Below, piece by piece: positions 13,906 through 26,365 of a DNA stretch of 64,000 bases (position 1 is the first letter of the stretch; every line of letters starts with the position of its first letter). The notes under the pieces are model-generated. The model ran no database searches, was not told the origin of the DNA, and saw nothing but the letters and a program-made list of their open reading frames with translations. A program made the position numbers and the translations under genes. The stretch covers positions 116,870,001-116,934,000 of the forward strand of contig OZ024740.1 of assembly GCA_964016885.1 (NCBI GenBank). Direction: 5' to 3'. This DNA comes from Eledone cirrhosa. Lineage: Eukaryota.

Positions 13906-14503
13906 TATGATGTAGTTATTGAATAAGACTATAAACAAAAATAGTAGGTTTCTAAAATTACAATAACAGTTATGCATCAATTTTAACCTGGGGAGACAAC
14001 TCCAATAGTCAAGAGCTTATTAAAAATCTATAGAGCTCACACATAGATCTTTAAAAAAAAAATGTATGGCACCCAATTATGTAATAAATAACAAAAATGA
14101 CTCCCAATTTTGAAAAATACGCGGTATATCACTGTCGGTTTCGACGGCAAGTGTTCCAGTTGTTCGAACAAAAGAACAGACTACTCGAGAAATTAACGTA
14201 GAAGGGGCTGAGAATTTTAAATGAAATTCAGTAGGACAGTGTGACAAGTTCGGTCCTTTGAATTACACGTACATCTCATATTGCCCAGTTGAGTGGACAG
14301 CAACAAGGCCAAATTAAGTGTTTTGCTGAAGGAGATCTTTCACATTTGAAGGAAAATACCACAAAAGTCACAAAATGGAGTCAATATAGGCCGACATATT
14401 GGAGTATTGGTATCAGTGAAAAATCTGAAAAATCTGAAAGCTAGCGAAACGATTGTACCTAAATGACACCATAGTTAGTGAATAATATGAGAAATTATAC
14501 TTA

Positions 14504-14626
<123 letters not shown>

Positions 14627-15964
14627 ATTATATATATATAAAAACTACAATTACTCATATTATTCACCATACCATTACGTAAAGGAATTAATTTCCCATA
14701 ATTCATATTGAGTTATAAATCATTGTCTGCAGAAAATTAATGGTATTCATTGGATAATTATTTCTTTCTGAACCGCAAAATTTCAGCTCAGAGAATTCAG
14801 AGTTGCATCTAAGAATACTTTATTCCAGCAATCATTTCACAATCCGTTTAAGATACACTTTGACATTAAAATTGATATTTGTAAATAATTCAAATGTGTA
14901 TTGTTTTGGCACCGAAACTAAACGCCACACATAAAGCACATTTTTTACTCATACCCACTAATAACTTGAAGTGATTTAAGCTATATTTCAAATAACAAAG
15001 ACTTATTTCTTTTTAGAAAAAGAATTGAAATATAAGAAAACAGAAAAAAATATGTGTAAAATTATCTTCATCTTGATAATGTTGTTTTAACATTATTGAG
15101 TTTCTCTAAAACAATCTTAGGATTTAAGATAATATCGCAAGCTGAATGTACAAGAAAACTTATAGTTCCTCAACAAAAACAACTATAAGATTAAAATCAG
15201 TTCATGAGGATGCTGCATAGATAAAGTTGATGATGAGCCGGAGTCAGATGATGATGTTGATAAAGGGAGGATGAGGAAGACGATTATAATGTTGATGTTG
15301 ATGATTTAAAGAACTGTTTCTTATAACGGTATCGACAACACGGAAAGCGTTCCTGCGGTCATGACTGTGTTTGCCTCTCAATGCGTAAATCAGGGTACGG
15401 TACTTTTGTGGAAGGCCAGCAGTCTTCCATTGAAGCTAATCTCCCCTTTCCCTGACACCGATGTTGTCCAAAATAAAGGCAATTGACGATTCAGCTGGAC
15501 ACTAGTGACGTCGCAACTCATTTTTACCCAGGTGGGGGGATTGGAACAACATGAAATAAAGCTCTAAGACACAACATACAGTCCTATTTTTGGAAATCGA
15601 ACTCATGACCTTTCGATTGGGAGCCGAATAACGTAACCATTAAGCCAAGCGCCTCCATAATAACAAATAAAAATTAATGGAAGTGATAGATTTTCTTTCA
15701 CGCGTTCCCTCATAGGCATTATACATTCGATTTAAATGGTGAAAATAAGTAGCGATATTCATAATTTAGAGACGTAAGTGAACAGTAGACCCCAGGCTAT
15801 GACGTAAACTCTGCTTGCTAAAGAATTACTGTTACAGCAGTACACAGCATATTATGATCAACAGTAGTAACAATACCAGTATTAATTTTAGATTTCTCTC
15901 TCTCTCATATATACATATATATATATGATAGATATACATATATGTATATATATATGCATGTATG

Positions 15965-16012
<48 letters not shown>

Positions 16013-16548
16013 TATAAATGTAAATATATATGTATACAAACTCCCATAAATATGAAAACGTGTGTGTGTGTGTGTGCGTGTGCGTGTGTATGCGTGTGTG
16101 TATATATACTTATATATAAATATGTATCTAAACGTGTATCCATACCTGTATGTATGTATGTATATATATATATATATATATACATACATACATACATACA
16201 TACACACATACATACATACATACATACATACATACATACATACATACATACATACATACATACATACATACATACATACATACATACATACATACAAATA
16301 CTAAATCTCATAATGTACTTCATGTTCAGGTTGATATTCTGTAATTAATAGCAGCATGAAATGATTGTTTGATAATTTTTAAGATTGCCATGAAATTAGA
16401 AAATTCCTTATTAGTGAAGCCTAGACGTTGTGATTGCGCGGCTAAGTGGAGCGTTTAGTTTTGAGCTTTCACGAAGGGAACCAGCAGATAATGGCGGAGA
16501 TGTCAAAATAGTCAGCCATGTTTTTATTTTCAATTCTTTTGTTTATAT

Positions 16549-16625
<77 letters not shown>

Positions 16626-16772
16626 CATATATATATATATGCATATATGTTTATGAATCTGTAAATATACATATGTATATATAAAATATGATATATATAT
16701 AATACATATATATGAATATGTATCTATATGCATTTCTGTGTGTGTATGGAGAGATATATATGTATAGATATA

Positions 16773-16847
<75 letters not shown>

Positions 16848-17796
16848 ATGGAGATATGTGCATGTGTATCTTGTGTTTGTTGGTGTATGTAAGTATATGT
16901 ATATGAGTGTATACGAAAGCGTTTCTCGGTGAATGTACTTTTGAAGATGTTTGTAATATCAGGTAATATTACACAGGTACATAGATTATCATTTCACTTT
17001 TTCCTTTTCATTGTGTAGTAATCTAGAGAAATGTCTGTATGCTCTTTATATATATTTTAACACATGAGATATGTATGGTTGATTCATTAAAAAATATTTT
17101 AAAAAGTGAAAAAAGGTTAAAGTCTGCCCAAAATCTAGATGCTTATCAGGCTGTAAGTTATCCCTGTTCCATTGGCTTTGATTGATTGAGAGTGCAAGAC
17201 TTTCTCCTGGACTTCTTTTAAGTGGTAATCCTCAGCCACTGGTAATATTTATGCCGGCTGCTGTTTCGTTCACTCCTACTTTTTCGATACTTGTAACCAG
17301 GCTCGGCGTTAACATTAAAGGCATAGTTAGGGCGAATATCTCAAAGGGGCAGATTACCGAATCTTATAGGATCACAGTTTAATACACATCTGTATAATAT
17401 AATTAAATATTTGATAATTTCTTCCGATTAATCAGTAAATAGCTAAATATCTTTGCCGTGTGACAGTGTCATGTAAATATCCAACGCGGTTAAGTGGGTC
17501 ATATGGAGTTATGACCTGTCACATAACTTGGCGTGGATAGTTGTGGACTGTACAGTGGAAAATGTAGGCTTAGTAATTTTTTAGTGTGGGCAGAAAAGAA
17601 AGTGTCAAAAACTCTATTTGCCAACTGAAATTTTTCTATTTGGAAGAATAGGGCGCACAACTGAAAGAAATTAGCCGGTGCACCTTGTAGTGTTAACCTA
17701 ATGTGCTAATATCCAGGTACCGACTCGGCTAGTGACACCATATTGTTAAGATTCTTTCACTCGCATATTTTCTGTAGGTCCTTTGCCATTGTGTAA

Positions 17797-17986
17797 TAAT
17801 TGTTTCTACTTTTGGCACAAGGCCAGCAATTATCCCAGTGCATTACTGGTCCTTTATTTTATCGACCCTGTAAGGATGAAAGGTAAAGATAACCTCGGCG
17901 GGATTTGAACTCAGACCGTAAAGGGCATAATTCTATGCTGCAAAGCATGGCGTCCGACCCTCTACGGATACTGCCAATCCACCGCC
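17797..17986 (-). mobile_element. SINE family A, full-length
   Basis: Complete body; TSD gccattgtgt. Confidence 0.9.
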
Positions 17987-18454
17987 ATTGTGTTATAATG
18001 TACGTACTTTGCCTTTGACAGTGTAATAAAATATTCACCATGCCACTTTATTTTATTTATGCCATTGTTGTTACTCACTCATGTTAGTCTTTTGACTGTT
18101 TAACACCTATTTAGAATTTATAGTTGTAATGATTCAGTAACACAGTGGTACAGAAGAAGAAAAATGAATTTTCAGCCCCCACCCTTCAAAGGTATAACAT
18201 ATATAATTATAAAGAGCTCTCATGTTGTTATAAACGATGTTAGCTTTATTATTTATTTATATTCATTTTTTTCAGCGTTTGTAATTATATTATAGAAATA
18301 TATTTAATCTCTATCAATACCTTAACCGCCTAAACACACATCTCCGGTTTATTTTCATAGGCACGGGTTGAATAAGTAAATCCTCAGTGCTAACGAAATG
18401 TACGTACCTGGTATGGCGTCGTTGTACTAGCTGGCTTTCATAATTATATGTATG

Positions 18455-19062
18455 TATGCTACTGGTAACATGTAACCCAGTATAACCTGTCGCATGGCCA
18501 GGTCGTCGGTGATTAAACCGGCAACCCCACCAAGTTTACTTGGTGAGGAGGGTTATTTTGGACACCCTTCAGGACAAAAATCAAAACCTGACAAAGGGCG
18601 GAAGAACTCACAAGATTCAACGGCCATCCAAAAGTGTGTAAATATGTATATACACATGTACATATATATGTATATGTATATATATGTATGTGCGTAGGTT
18701 CATGTGTATGTATATGCGCAGGGACATAGAAATAGTCAGGCTGGATACTCAATCGCGCGGTTAAACTACTGGAAGAGAAGGACCCCTAGCCTTTGTCAGG
18801 GCATTCTTTTAGGAGAGGGCAACTCAGGAAACTGGGATAACATAAAACCTGCGGCTCAGTAGTTACCGTTGATGTTGATCTTTTCTTCTTTTAGGGATAT
18901 AGCTACTGTCGCTCAGAGAGTGGGATTGGCTCAGTACACAGTCTTTCCTCACTTTAAAAAAAATCTTCACGCACAGGCATTGCACGATAGCATTGATTCA
19001 TAATTATTAATAATGTTATATCGTACAATGACCATACTCGATAACGAGGGGGCAGACATTAC
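18455..19062 (+). mobile_element. RTE-derived non-autonomous retroposon with (GTAT)n flanks
   Basis: Shares gagagtggga...cctcact..aaa..cgcacagg with the 5' UTRs of both RTEs in this window, and has an RTE-like 3' hairpin; copies at 30391-30645, 47313-47560 and 55965-57730. Confidence 0.75.
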
Positions 19063-19074
19063 CATTTATGTATG

Positions 19075-19167
<93 letters not shown>

Positions 19168-19325
19168 CTATTACAGATGCACCCATGCACGCATAAAGAC
19201 GATTTCTTTGTATTTGAAAATTTGAGGTTTTCATTTTAACATTTCATCCACTGTACTATGTTCAATATAATTCCTGGCTAGACGGGGCACACACTCACGC
19301 ATTCACACACACACACACACGCACA

Positions 19326-19364
<39 letters not shown>

Positions 19365-19444
19365 ACACGCACGCACGCACACACACACACACACGCACAC
19401 ACACGCGCACGCACACACACACGCACACACACACGCACGCACGC

Positions 19445-19491
<47 letters not shown>

Positions 19492-20530
19492 ATAGTGATC
19501 CACACCCTTTATTCTCTGGCGGGTTGTATGTCTTGTACTGTTCGCAAGACTAAACATGTTTAATAATCAGATTGACGCTTGTGCATTACATTATGTTGTC
19601 TCGGATAGGTTATTGTTGACACTAGTTGACAGTAACCGTCGCCTTCGTGTTTTCAAACACTAACAACAGCTCCAAACCTAATCGGTTGTATTGAGTTTAT
19701 GGACAAGAAAAGGAGAATAATATATTGAATAAGAACAACTCAAGTGTGTAAGGAAATAATTAAGTGTTAAACTACGACGATTAGGTGTTGATTTTTTCGC
19801 CTGTTGATGAAAGCTTCAATCAAGCTCAAAAACCTTTCGAAATGCCAACACTGGTTTGTTAGTTTTTATTTCAAATATTTTTTGAAGAGTATCACTTTTA
19901 CCAATACCATGTAATTTCATTCATCTTCTGTTTAGATTTTAGAAACTTCCTTGAATTCAGTTAAGTGTGTAGCATACGCCAGTGCCACTCCAGTAATGAG
20001 GTTGATTCTCCCCCACGTATTCATTCTTTCTTTCATTCTCTCTTTCTTTCTCTCTCCCTCACTCTCCCTATTCCGACTTATATTGATTAAAGTTAGAACT
20101 TCAAACACAGATTATATTTCTTCTACTGTCGGAATCAACACTAGAGTCATTCAAATGATCCTTTGGGGATGAAAGACCAAGACTAGTTGAATAAAAGTAT
20201 ATTACATTATTAACTAACTGCATCTACAAATACACTGAAAATATATTGTTGGTCCTTTTTTTGCTTTCTTTATAGGAAACACATGCTTATAATAATAGAA
20301 CTATCAGAAAGCCTGAAGTTAGTTGTGTGAATAGAAAACTCCATGAGGTATTTAGACCACCTTGTAGCATCAAGATTCTGTATGTTGATGTTCATATATA
20401 CATATACGATATATATTCGGGCATATGAGTGTCTATTTGATCATAAGAACATTATTTATTTAAATATATTATTGTTTTGACATGCACACACCCACATTGA
20501 AAGTTAAATCCAAATATAAAAAAGATAATG

Positions 20531-20588
<58 letters not shown>

Positions 20589-20754
20589 TGTGCAATATAT
20601 ATTTGTGTATGTGAGTGTATATTTATAAATATATCCTTTTTTCATATGCATTCATCCCATCCACATTCAGTTACATTAAGATATTTCCCACATCATCGAG
20701 TGTATAAGGACTACCTCAAATAATTCGACTTGTGTTACTTATGTGCAAATAAAG

Positions 20755-20943
20755 TTCCAATGTATATCAAACATCACGGGCGCTCTATCTCAAAATTATT
20801 TTTGAAAAGCATTAGAAATGCGCAACCGGTAAAACATAAAACCAAAACTGAATACTAACCAATACTATTACTAATTCTCACTTATTCCTAATTAAACTAT
20901 TTTTCACTGTGAACAATTTGTCAGCATTTTCTTTTCCGTTTAC

Positions 20944-20947
<4 letters not shown>
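20755..20947 (+). mobile_element. (TA)n-inserted family with variant HHR-like motif at 20799-20834 (also 45139-45440 -, 61993-62215 -)
   Basis: ttt-TTGAAAA-gcat tagaa atgc-GCAA-ccgg-TA-aaa. The 45139-45440 copy has an inverted terminal arm. Confidence 0.7.
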
Positions 20948-20977
<30 letters not shown>

Positions 20978-21096
20978 GCATAGGAAAAAGTATGACCCCG
21001 ACGGCAGAGCTCAAGCCGTTTCGACGGCTATTCCTGGACGCGTTATGGGATCTGGTGCGTTATGGTCCATCTGGTTCCTTACCACAATTCCTTCGT

Positions 21097-21192
<96 letters not shown>

Positions 21193-21199
21193 TGTGTAT

Positions 21200-22065
21200 A
21201 AATAATTACAACAGTGACATAAACAGGTACTTAAGTTTCGTTGGTTCTGGACCTCAACTCATTCAACCTGTCATAAGGAAAATAAAAATAAAGATGGTCG
21301 CCTGGAGTTGATTGTGCTTTCCTTTTAGAAATATATCATAAGAGTTTAAACAAAGGCAGGTAATTTAAAAATTAGAAAATATTTTTTTTTAATTAGAAGG
21401 TAAGATCAGGGGAGGTAACTCTTGAGAGATGACAGTCAAGTTTGAATAAAAATAGAAGAAAAATATTTTTTTCTAGCTGACTTAAATAATCCAATTTTCT
21501 TGATATACAAAATAGTCAGTAAATCAAAGTATACTTCCAGATCTGTTAATCAGGTCTAAGCATTTACTCAAAATATACTTCTTGTCATGAAGACAACTGC
21601 CAAAACAATCAAGCCGTGTGTTGAGGTAGTATTTATCTGAAGCTAGTTGTGAGAGCATATACCATTTACCAGAATCACAAAAGCGATAAAGTTCGGCCAA
21701 TTCACATAGGCGGTAGATCTTTCTAATATCCTCCATTTGAGGAAAAAAAGTGTGCCGTTATTCTTAAGGCTCCATATGGGATTTGCGAGCTAGGTGACAT
21801 GTTTTTTGTCGGGGTATCTGAAGGTTGTTTCATGATTACGGTACCGGTTTTTAAACCCGCCCTCAGACATACCGACACAAGTCTAGGCTTCCGTTTGGTG
21901 GAGGTAACCTTTGCTTGATATATCACCACCGGAGTGGGCATGTTTCTGGTCTTTTACATGAGCAGCCGTACAGTGGGGGGCTATTGCGTTTGCCGGTGAT
22001 GTAGGATTCAACTCGTCCTAAGGACTGACTGCTCTTACCCTTGGATATTTCTACCAAAATTTTAC
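21200..22065 (-). mobile_element. 5'-truncated Penelope-like element (Neptune-type GIY-YIG endonuclease remnant plus 3' region with HHR)
   Basis: Frameshifted minus translation CSCKRPETCPL..VVIYQAKVTST..CVGMSEGGFKNRYRNHETTFRY..LANPIWSLKNNG..LKWRILERS..RFCDSGKW..YLNTRLDCFGSCLHDKKYIL; flanked by microsatellites. Confidence 0.85.
21223..21271 (-). ncRNA. HHR-like motif in PLE 3' region (degenerate core)
   Basis: acagg-TTGAATGA-gttg..caac-GAAA-cttaag-TA-cctgt; palindromic stem III ACTTAAGT. Confidence 0.7.
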
Positions 22066-22136
<71 letters not shown>

Positions 22137-22141
<5 letters not shown>

Positions 22142-22564
22142 GAGTTAAACAAGATTCAATGATTACATCAAAGAATGAGTTTTACAGTAGATTAGAAGCA
22201 CTCTACAAAAAAATATTTTCCAGAGTTATTAATATTAAAATTCAAATATTAATAAAATAGATGTTCTTGTGATCAATTAAATTTTATTATACATATTTCA
22301 GAGGTACTTGAATCAGGTTCAACAGTATGTCCTCATCAGATAAAATAAAATAAAATGATACATGACATACCCTGAGATGTTAGATGGTTAAGATTTAATC
22401 AAGGTAGTTGATTAAATCTTAACCATCTAACATCTCAGGGTATGTCATGTATCATTTTATTTTATCTGATGAGGACGTACTGTTGAACCTGATTCAAGTA
22501 CCTCTGAAATATGTATAAACAAATTTAATTGATCACAAGAACATCTATTTTATTGATATTTGAA

Positions 22565-22572
<8 letters not shown>
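22137..22572 (-). mobile_element. Fold-back insertion with ~170-bp arms, HHR in each arm
   Basis: 22232-22402 is the inverse of 22408-22572; a related degenerate copy at 44645-44815 has core CTGACAA at 44691-44752 (-). Confidence 0.9.
22281..22346 (-). ncRNA. Type I hammerhead ribozyme (mirror copy 22459-22524 +)
   Basis: attttat-CTGATGA-ggacatactgttgaacctgattcaagtacctct-GAAA-tatgta-TA-ataaaat; 7-bp stem I. Confidence 0.85.
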
Positions 22573-22604
<32 letters not shown>

Positions 22605-22710
22605 AACAAGTAGGACCCCGATGGCTGAGCTCAAGCAGCGTTATGGTCCATCTGGTTCCTTACCACATTTCCTTCGTTATATATATATATATATATATAC
22701 ATATATATAC

Positions 22711-22775
<65 letters not shown>

Positions 22776-22778
<3 letters not shown>

Positions 22779-23169
22779 TAGAAAGTGGGTTTTTTTTTAC
22801 AAAATGAAAAATAACCGAGGTGTCCTACACGAGTGAAAGTATAAGGAAAAAGAGATGAAATCGAAAATGCAACTGGAGTCTTATTTTAAAAAAAATATAT
22901 ATATATTTATTTGGTTCCTTTACCGGTTTCGCAGTTCTTCTGCTTTTCAAAAGGTGAGTTGAAATGGAGGGTCTGTGGTTTTTCTCACATCTGTGGTTTT
23001 TCTCACCCAGATGTGAGAAAAACCACAGACCCTCCATCTGAACTCACCTTTTGAAAAGCAGAAGAACTGCGAAACCGGTAAAGGAACCAAATAAATATAT
23101 ATATATAAAAAAAAAAAATAAAAAAAAATGAGACTCCAGTTGCATTTTCGATTTCATCTCTTTTTCTTT
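22776..23169 (-). mobile_element. Fold-back insertion with U3-A8 variant HHR (other copies 43416-43622 -, 63320-63525 +)
   Basis: Arms ~22850-22995 and ~23010-23169; duplicated ctgtggtttttctcac at the turn. Confidence 0.9.
23047..23084 (+). ncRNA. Minimal HHR, UUGAAAA core (mirror copy 22917-22954 -)
   Basis: cctt-TTGAAAA-gcag aagaa ctgc-GAAA-ccgg-TA-aagg; palindromic stem III ACCGGT. Confidence 0.75.
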
Positions 23170-23235
23170 ATATATATGTATATATATATGTATATATGTA
23201 TGTATGTATATATATATATATATATATATATGTAC

Positions 23236-23286
<51 letters not shown>

Positions 23287-23289
23287 TAT

Positions 23290-23488
23290 AACGAAGGAAA
23301 TGTGGTAAGGAACCAGGTGGACCATAACGCACCAAAGTACTCAATACTTAGGGTAGTAGAGTGGGTAATAGGAACGAGTAGGACCCCGACGACTGAGCTC
23401 AAGCCGTTTCGACGGCTAATTCTGGACTGAATTGTCCAGAATTAGCCGTCGAAACGGCTTGAGCTCAGCCGTCGGGGTCCTACTCGTT

Positions 23489-23492
<4 letters not shown>
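23290..23492 (-). mobile_element. GGAACGAGTAGG fold-back family (also 20981-21098, 22601-22678, 24678-24703, 44448-44593, 44880-45070, 58200-58393, 63537-63730)
   Basis: Shared end ...ccacatttccttcgtTATA; palindrome turns in gacggctaattct..agaattagccgtc followed by GAAAcggcttgagctcagccGTC (3' half of an HHR). Confidence 0.9.
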
Positions 23493-23532
<40 letters not shown>

Positions 23533-23690
23533 CAATATCAGAGAAAGCTTTTTAGCGATACTCCGGCCAAATTCCAACTCACTCAACAAACATTAAGAAA
23601 TAAGTGACTATATACCTAATTATGCGTTCGGGGTGGTAACTAAAAGTATTGCGTGGAAAATTGGGTGTATTATTTCATATGAGACATATC

Positions 23691-23761
<71 letters not shown>

Positions 23762-23765
<4 letters not shown>

Positions 23766-24154
23766 GGAGGTGAGTTTTATTGTAGTACAATAAAGCAATG
23801 CAGATATCGGATAAGAAGCACTCTACAGTTTGTGGGACTGGAGTATGCATAATATAAGATCAAAAGATGGTTAAAGGAGTTCCATATATTTTATTATGCG
23901 CATTTCAAAAACAAACATCATCATGCAATAATATTTGTGTTTTCATCAGATAAAATAGGAGAACATGATATGAAGGCTAAAAAACACTTGTGGATAGTGC
24001 AGTTTTAAATCAACATATTTTTAAATCAACATATTTTTAAATCAACATATTTTTATCTGATGAAAACACAAATATTATTGCATGATGATGTTTGTTTTTG
24101 AAATGCGCATAATAAAATATATGGAACTCCTTTAACCATCTTTTGATCTTATAT

Positions 24155-24158
<4 letters not shown>
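23762..24158 (-). mobile_element. Fold-back insertion with HHR in each arm
   Basis: 23848-23955 is the inverse of 24051-24158; 16-bp triplication near the turn; shares agaagcactctaca with the 22137-22572 family. Confidence 0.9.
23887..23957 (-). ncRNA. Type I hammerhead ribozyme (mirror copy 24051-24117 +)
   Basis: tattttat-CTGATGA-aaacacaaatattattgcatgatgatgtttgttttt-GAAA-tgcgca-TA-ataaaata; perfect palindromic stem III ATGCGCAT. Confidence 0.85.
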
Positions 24159-24209
<51 letters not shown>

Positions 24210-24233
24210 ATATATATATATATATATATATAT

Positions 24234-24680
<447 letters not shown>

Positions 24681-24705
24681 CGAAGGAAATGTGGTAAGGA
24701 ACCTA

Positions 24706-24815
<110 letters not shown>

Positions 24816-24859
24816 TTTTTGCATATATACTACTTGAATTATTACCCTACTATAAGATC

Positions 24860-25822
24860 AACAAAAGCGATGGCCTACTACCAACGCCTTCCAACCAGCG
24901 TCTTCCTATACATAAACGTAGCAGAAAGAAGACGAGTGCATCCGAGCATAAAGCGATAGGGACACGTAACGGGCTACAGCACAATAACATGCATAAGAAC
25001 GGTCACCCTGATAGCACAACCCTTACCAAACGTAGAAAGACACGGAATCGCCACCGTAACGCCCTATGGTTCCATCCTCCCTACTCTCGGAGTGTGGCCT
25101 CCGACATACCCCGGATATTCTTCGAAGCCTTAGAGAAGAACTTCCCACCCAACCATAAGTATAGGAAAATCCTTAATAGGAACAATATAAAAATATCCTT
25201 CTCTACTACTCCTAACCTAGCAGACATCATAGGAACAACTAATCACAGTAAGATCACCAAGACACAGCACCTTAGCACCGATACACCTACACCTGACAAC
25301 AACTATATCAGCCTTAACGACTCCCTAGCAGCACCCAATAGTGCTGGCAACAGCCACTACAGACGCAACCAACATAACCGCGACACGACTGGGGAATATG
25401 CAGGTGACCCGCACGGGTCACCGGACGGCAACGGAAGACGCTGTGGCGTGCGGAATGATAATGATACTACCCTGCACGCAGTGGGTTATAATGGTACCAA
25501 TGACAGGTGTAGGGCGTAGGTAACAACATAGATAGCAATAATAATAGCCTTACCTTGGGAACTAGAAGGGACCGCGACCGAAATTGCAACTGCCGTGACA
25601 GGGGACGCTGCCCCTTTAGGGGTAACTGCCTGACTGATAGGGTTATTTATAGGTGCACCGTAACTAGCCATAATAGCGTTAAACATTATATAGGGGCTAC
25701 CTCTGGCCCGTTCAAATATAGATTTTGAACACATCTCCACTCTTTCGCAAACAAGAAACTAAGACACTCCACTTCGCTCGCGAACTACATCACATCATTA
25801 AAAGACTCAAACATCACATATA
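24860..25822 (+). pseudogene. Penelope-like element fragment (RT C-terminal region plus Cys-rich linker and GIY-YIG endonuclease)
   Basis: RNALWFHPPYSRSVASDIPRIFFEALEKNFPPNHKYRKILNRNNIKISFS (ORF 24989-25519). After a frameshift, from 25585: CNCRDRGRCPFRGNCLTDRVIYRCTVTSHNSVKHYIGATSGPFKYRF*THLHSF..HSTSLANYITSLK. Ends in (TA)n. Confidence 0.9.
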
Positions 25823-26365
25823 TATACATAATATATATATGCATAAGCCTCGTTATGTATGTATGCATATATACGGGTAGCTAGTTGAGTTCTTTGTTTG
25901 GCGCGAATTCCTTTGTTTGAATTCAGCCACGAAACCACGTGTTTTAGTCTACGATGGGAATCTTCCTCTTTTTCATTAGCGGCCGGGTGTGAGAACAGCA
26001 AAAACTGCTGGATACAGTAGTGATGGCTATCACACATTGCATAGACCTATCTTATAACTTACGCTTCCCGCTGAAGACGTATAATAGCCCGGTTACGTAA
26101 ATATCTGCTGATATTACGTGGCATTCTGAACATTACGGATATAATATCTACATTTGTGAAGTCATGTTGCACAGAAACGATATCATCCAAGAGTTGAGAT
26201 TTTTACTTTTATCTCTACCAAAACTCAGCTACCGTACCTGCTATTAACTAAATGTGTCCTCTCTGAATAGCTGATTGCAACTGCATTGTTGCAATTCAGC
26301 AATAGACGTTGACCGGAGAACATTGGCTTAATACCAGCGATCTTCGTTACTTTTATATTATATAT

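Noticed and set aside
14425-14465. ctgaaagctagcGAAAcgattgTA hammerhead-like string
   Set aside because: Core spacing is wrong and no stem I pairing could be made.
17160-17230. LALSINQSQ (minus) resembling a PIF1/Helitron helicase motif
   Set aside because: Too short, with no flanking helicase motifs.
25726-25728. In-frame TGA in the PLE endonuclease as possible selenocysteine
   Set aside because: The element is frameshifted and truncated, the position is not a conserved Cys, and no SECIS was seen; ordinary decay is more likely.
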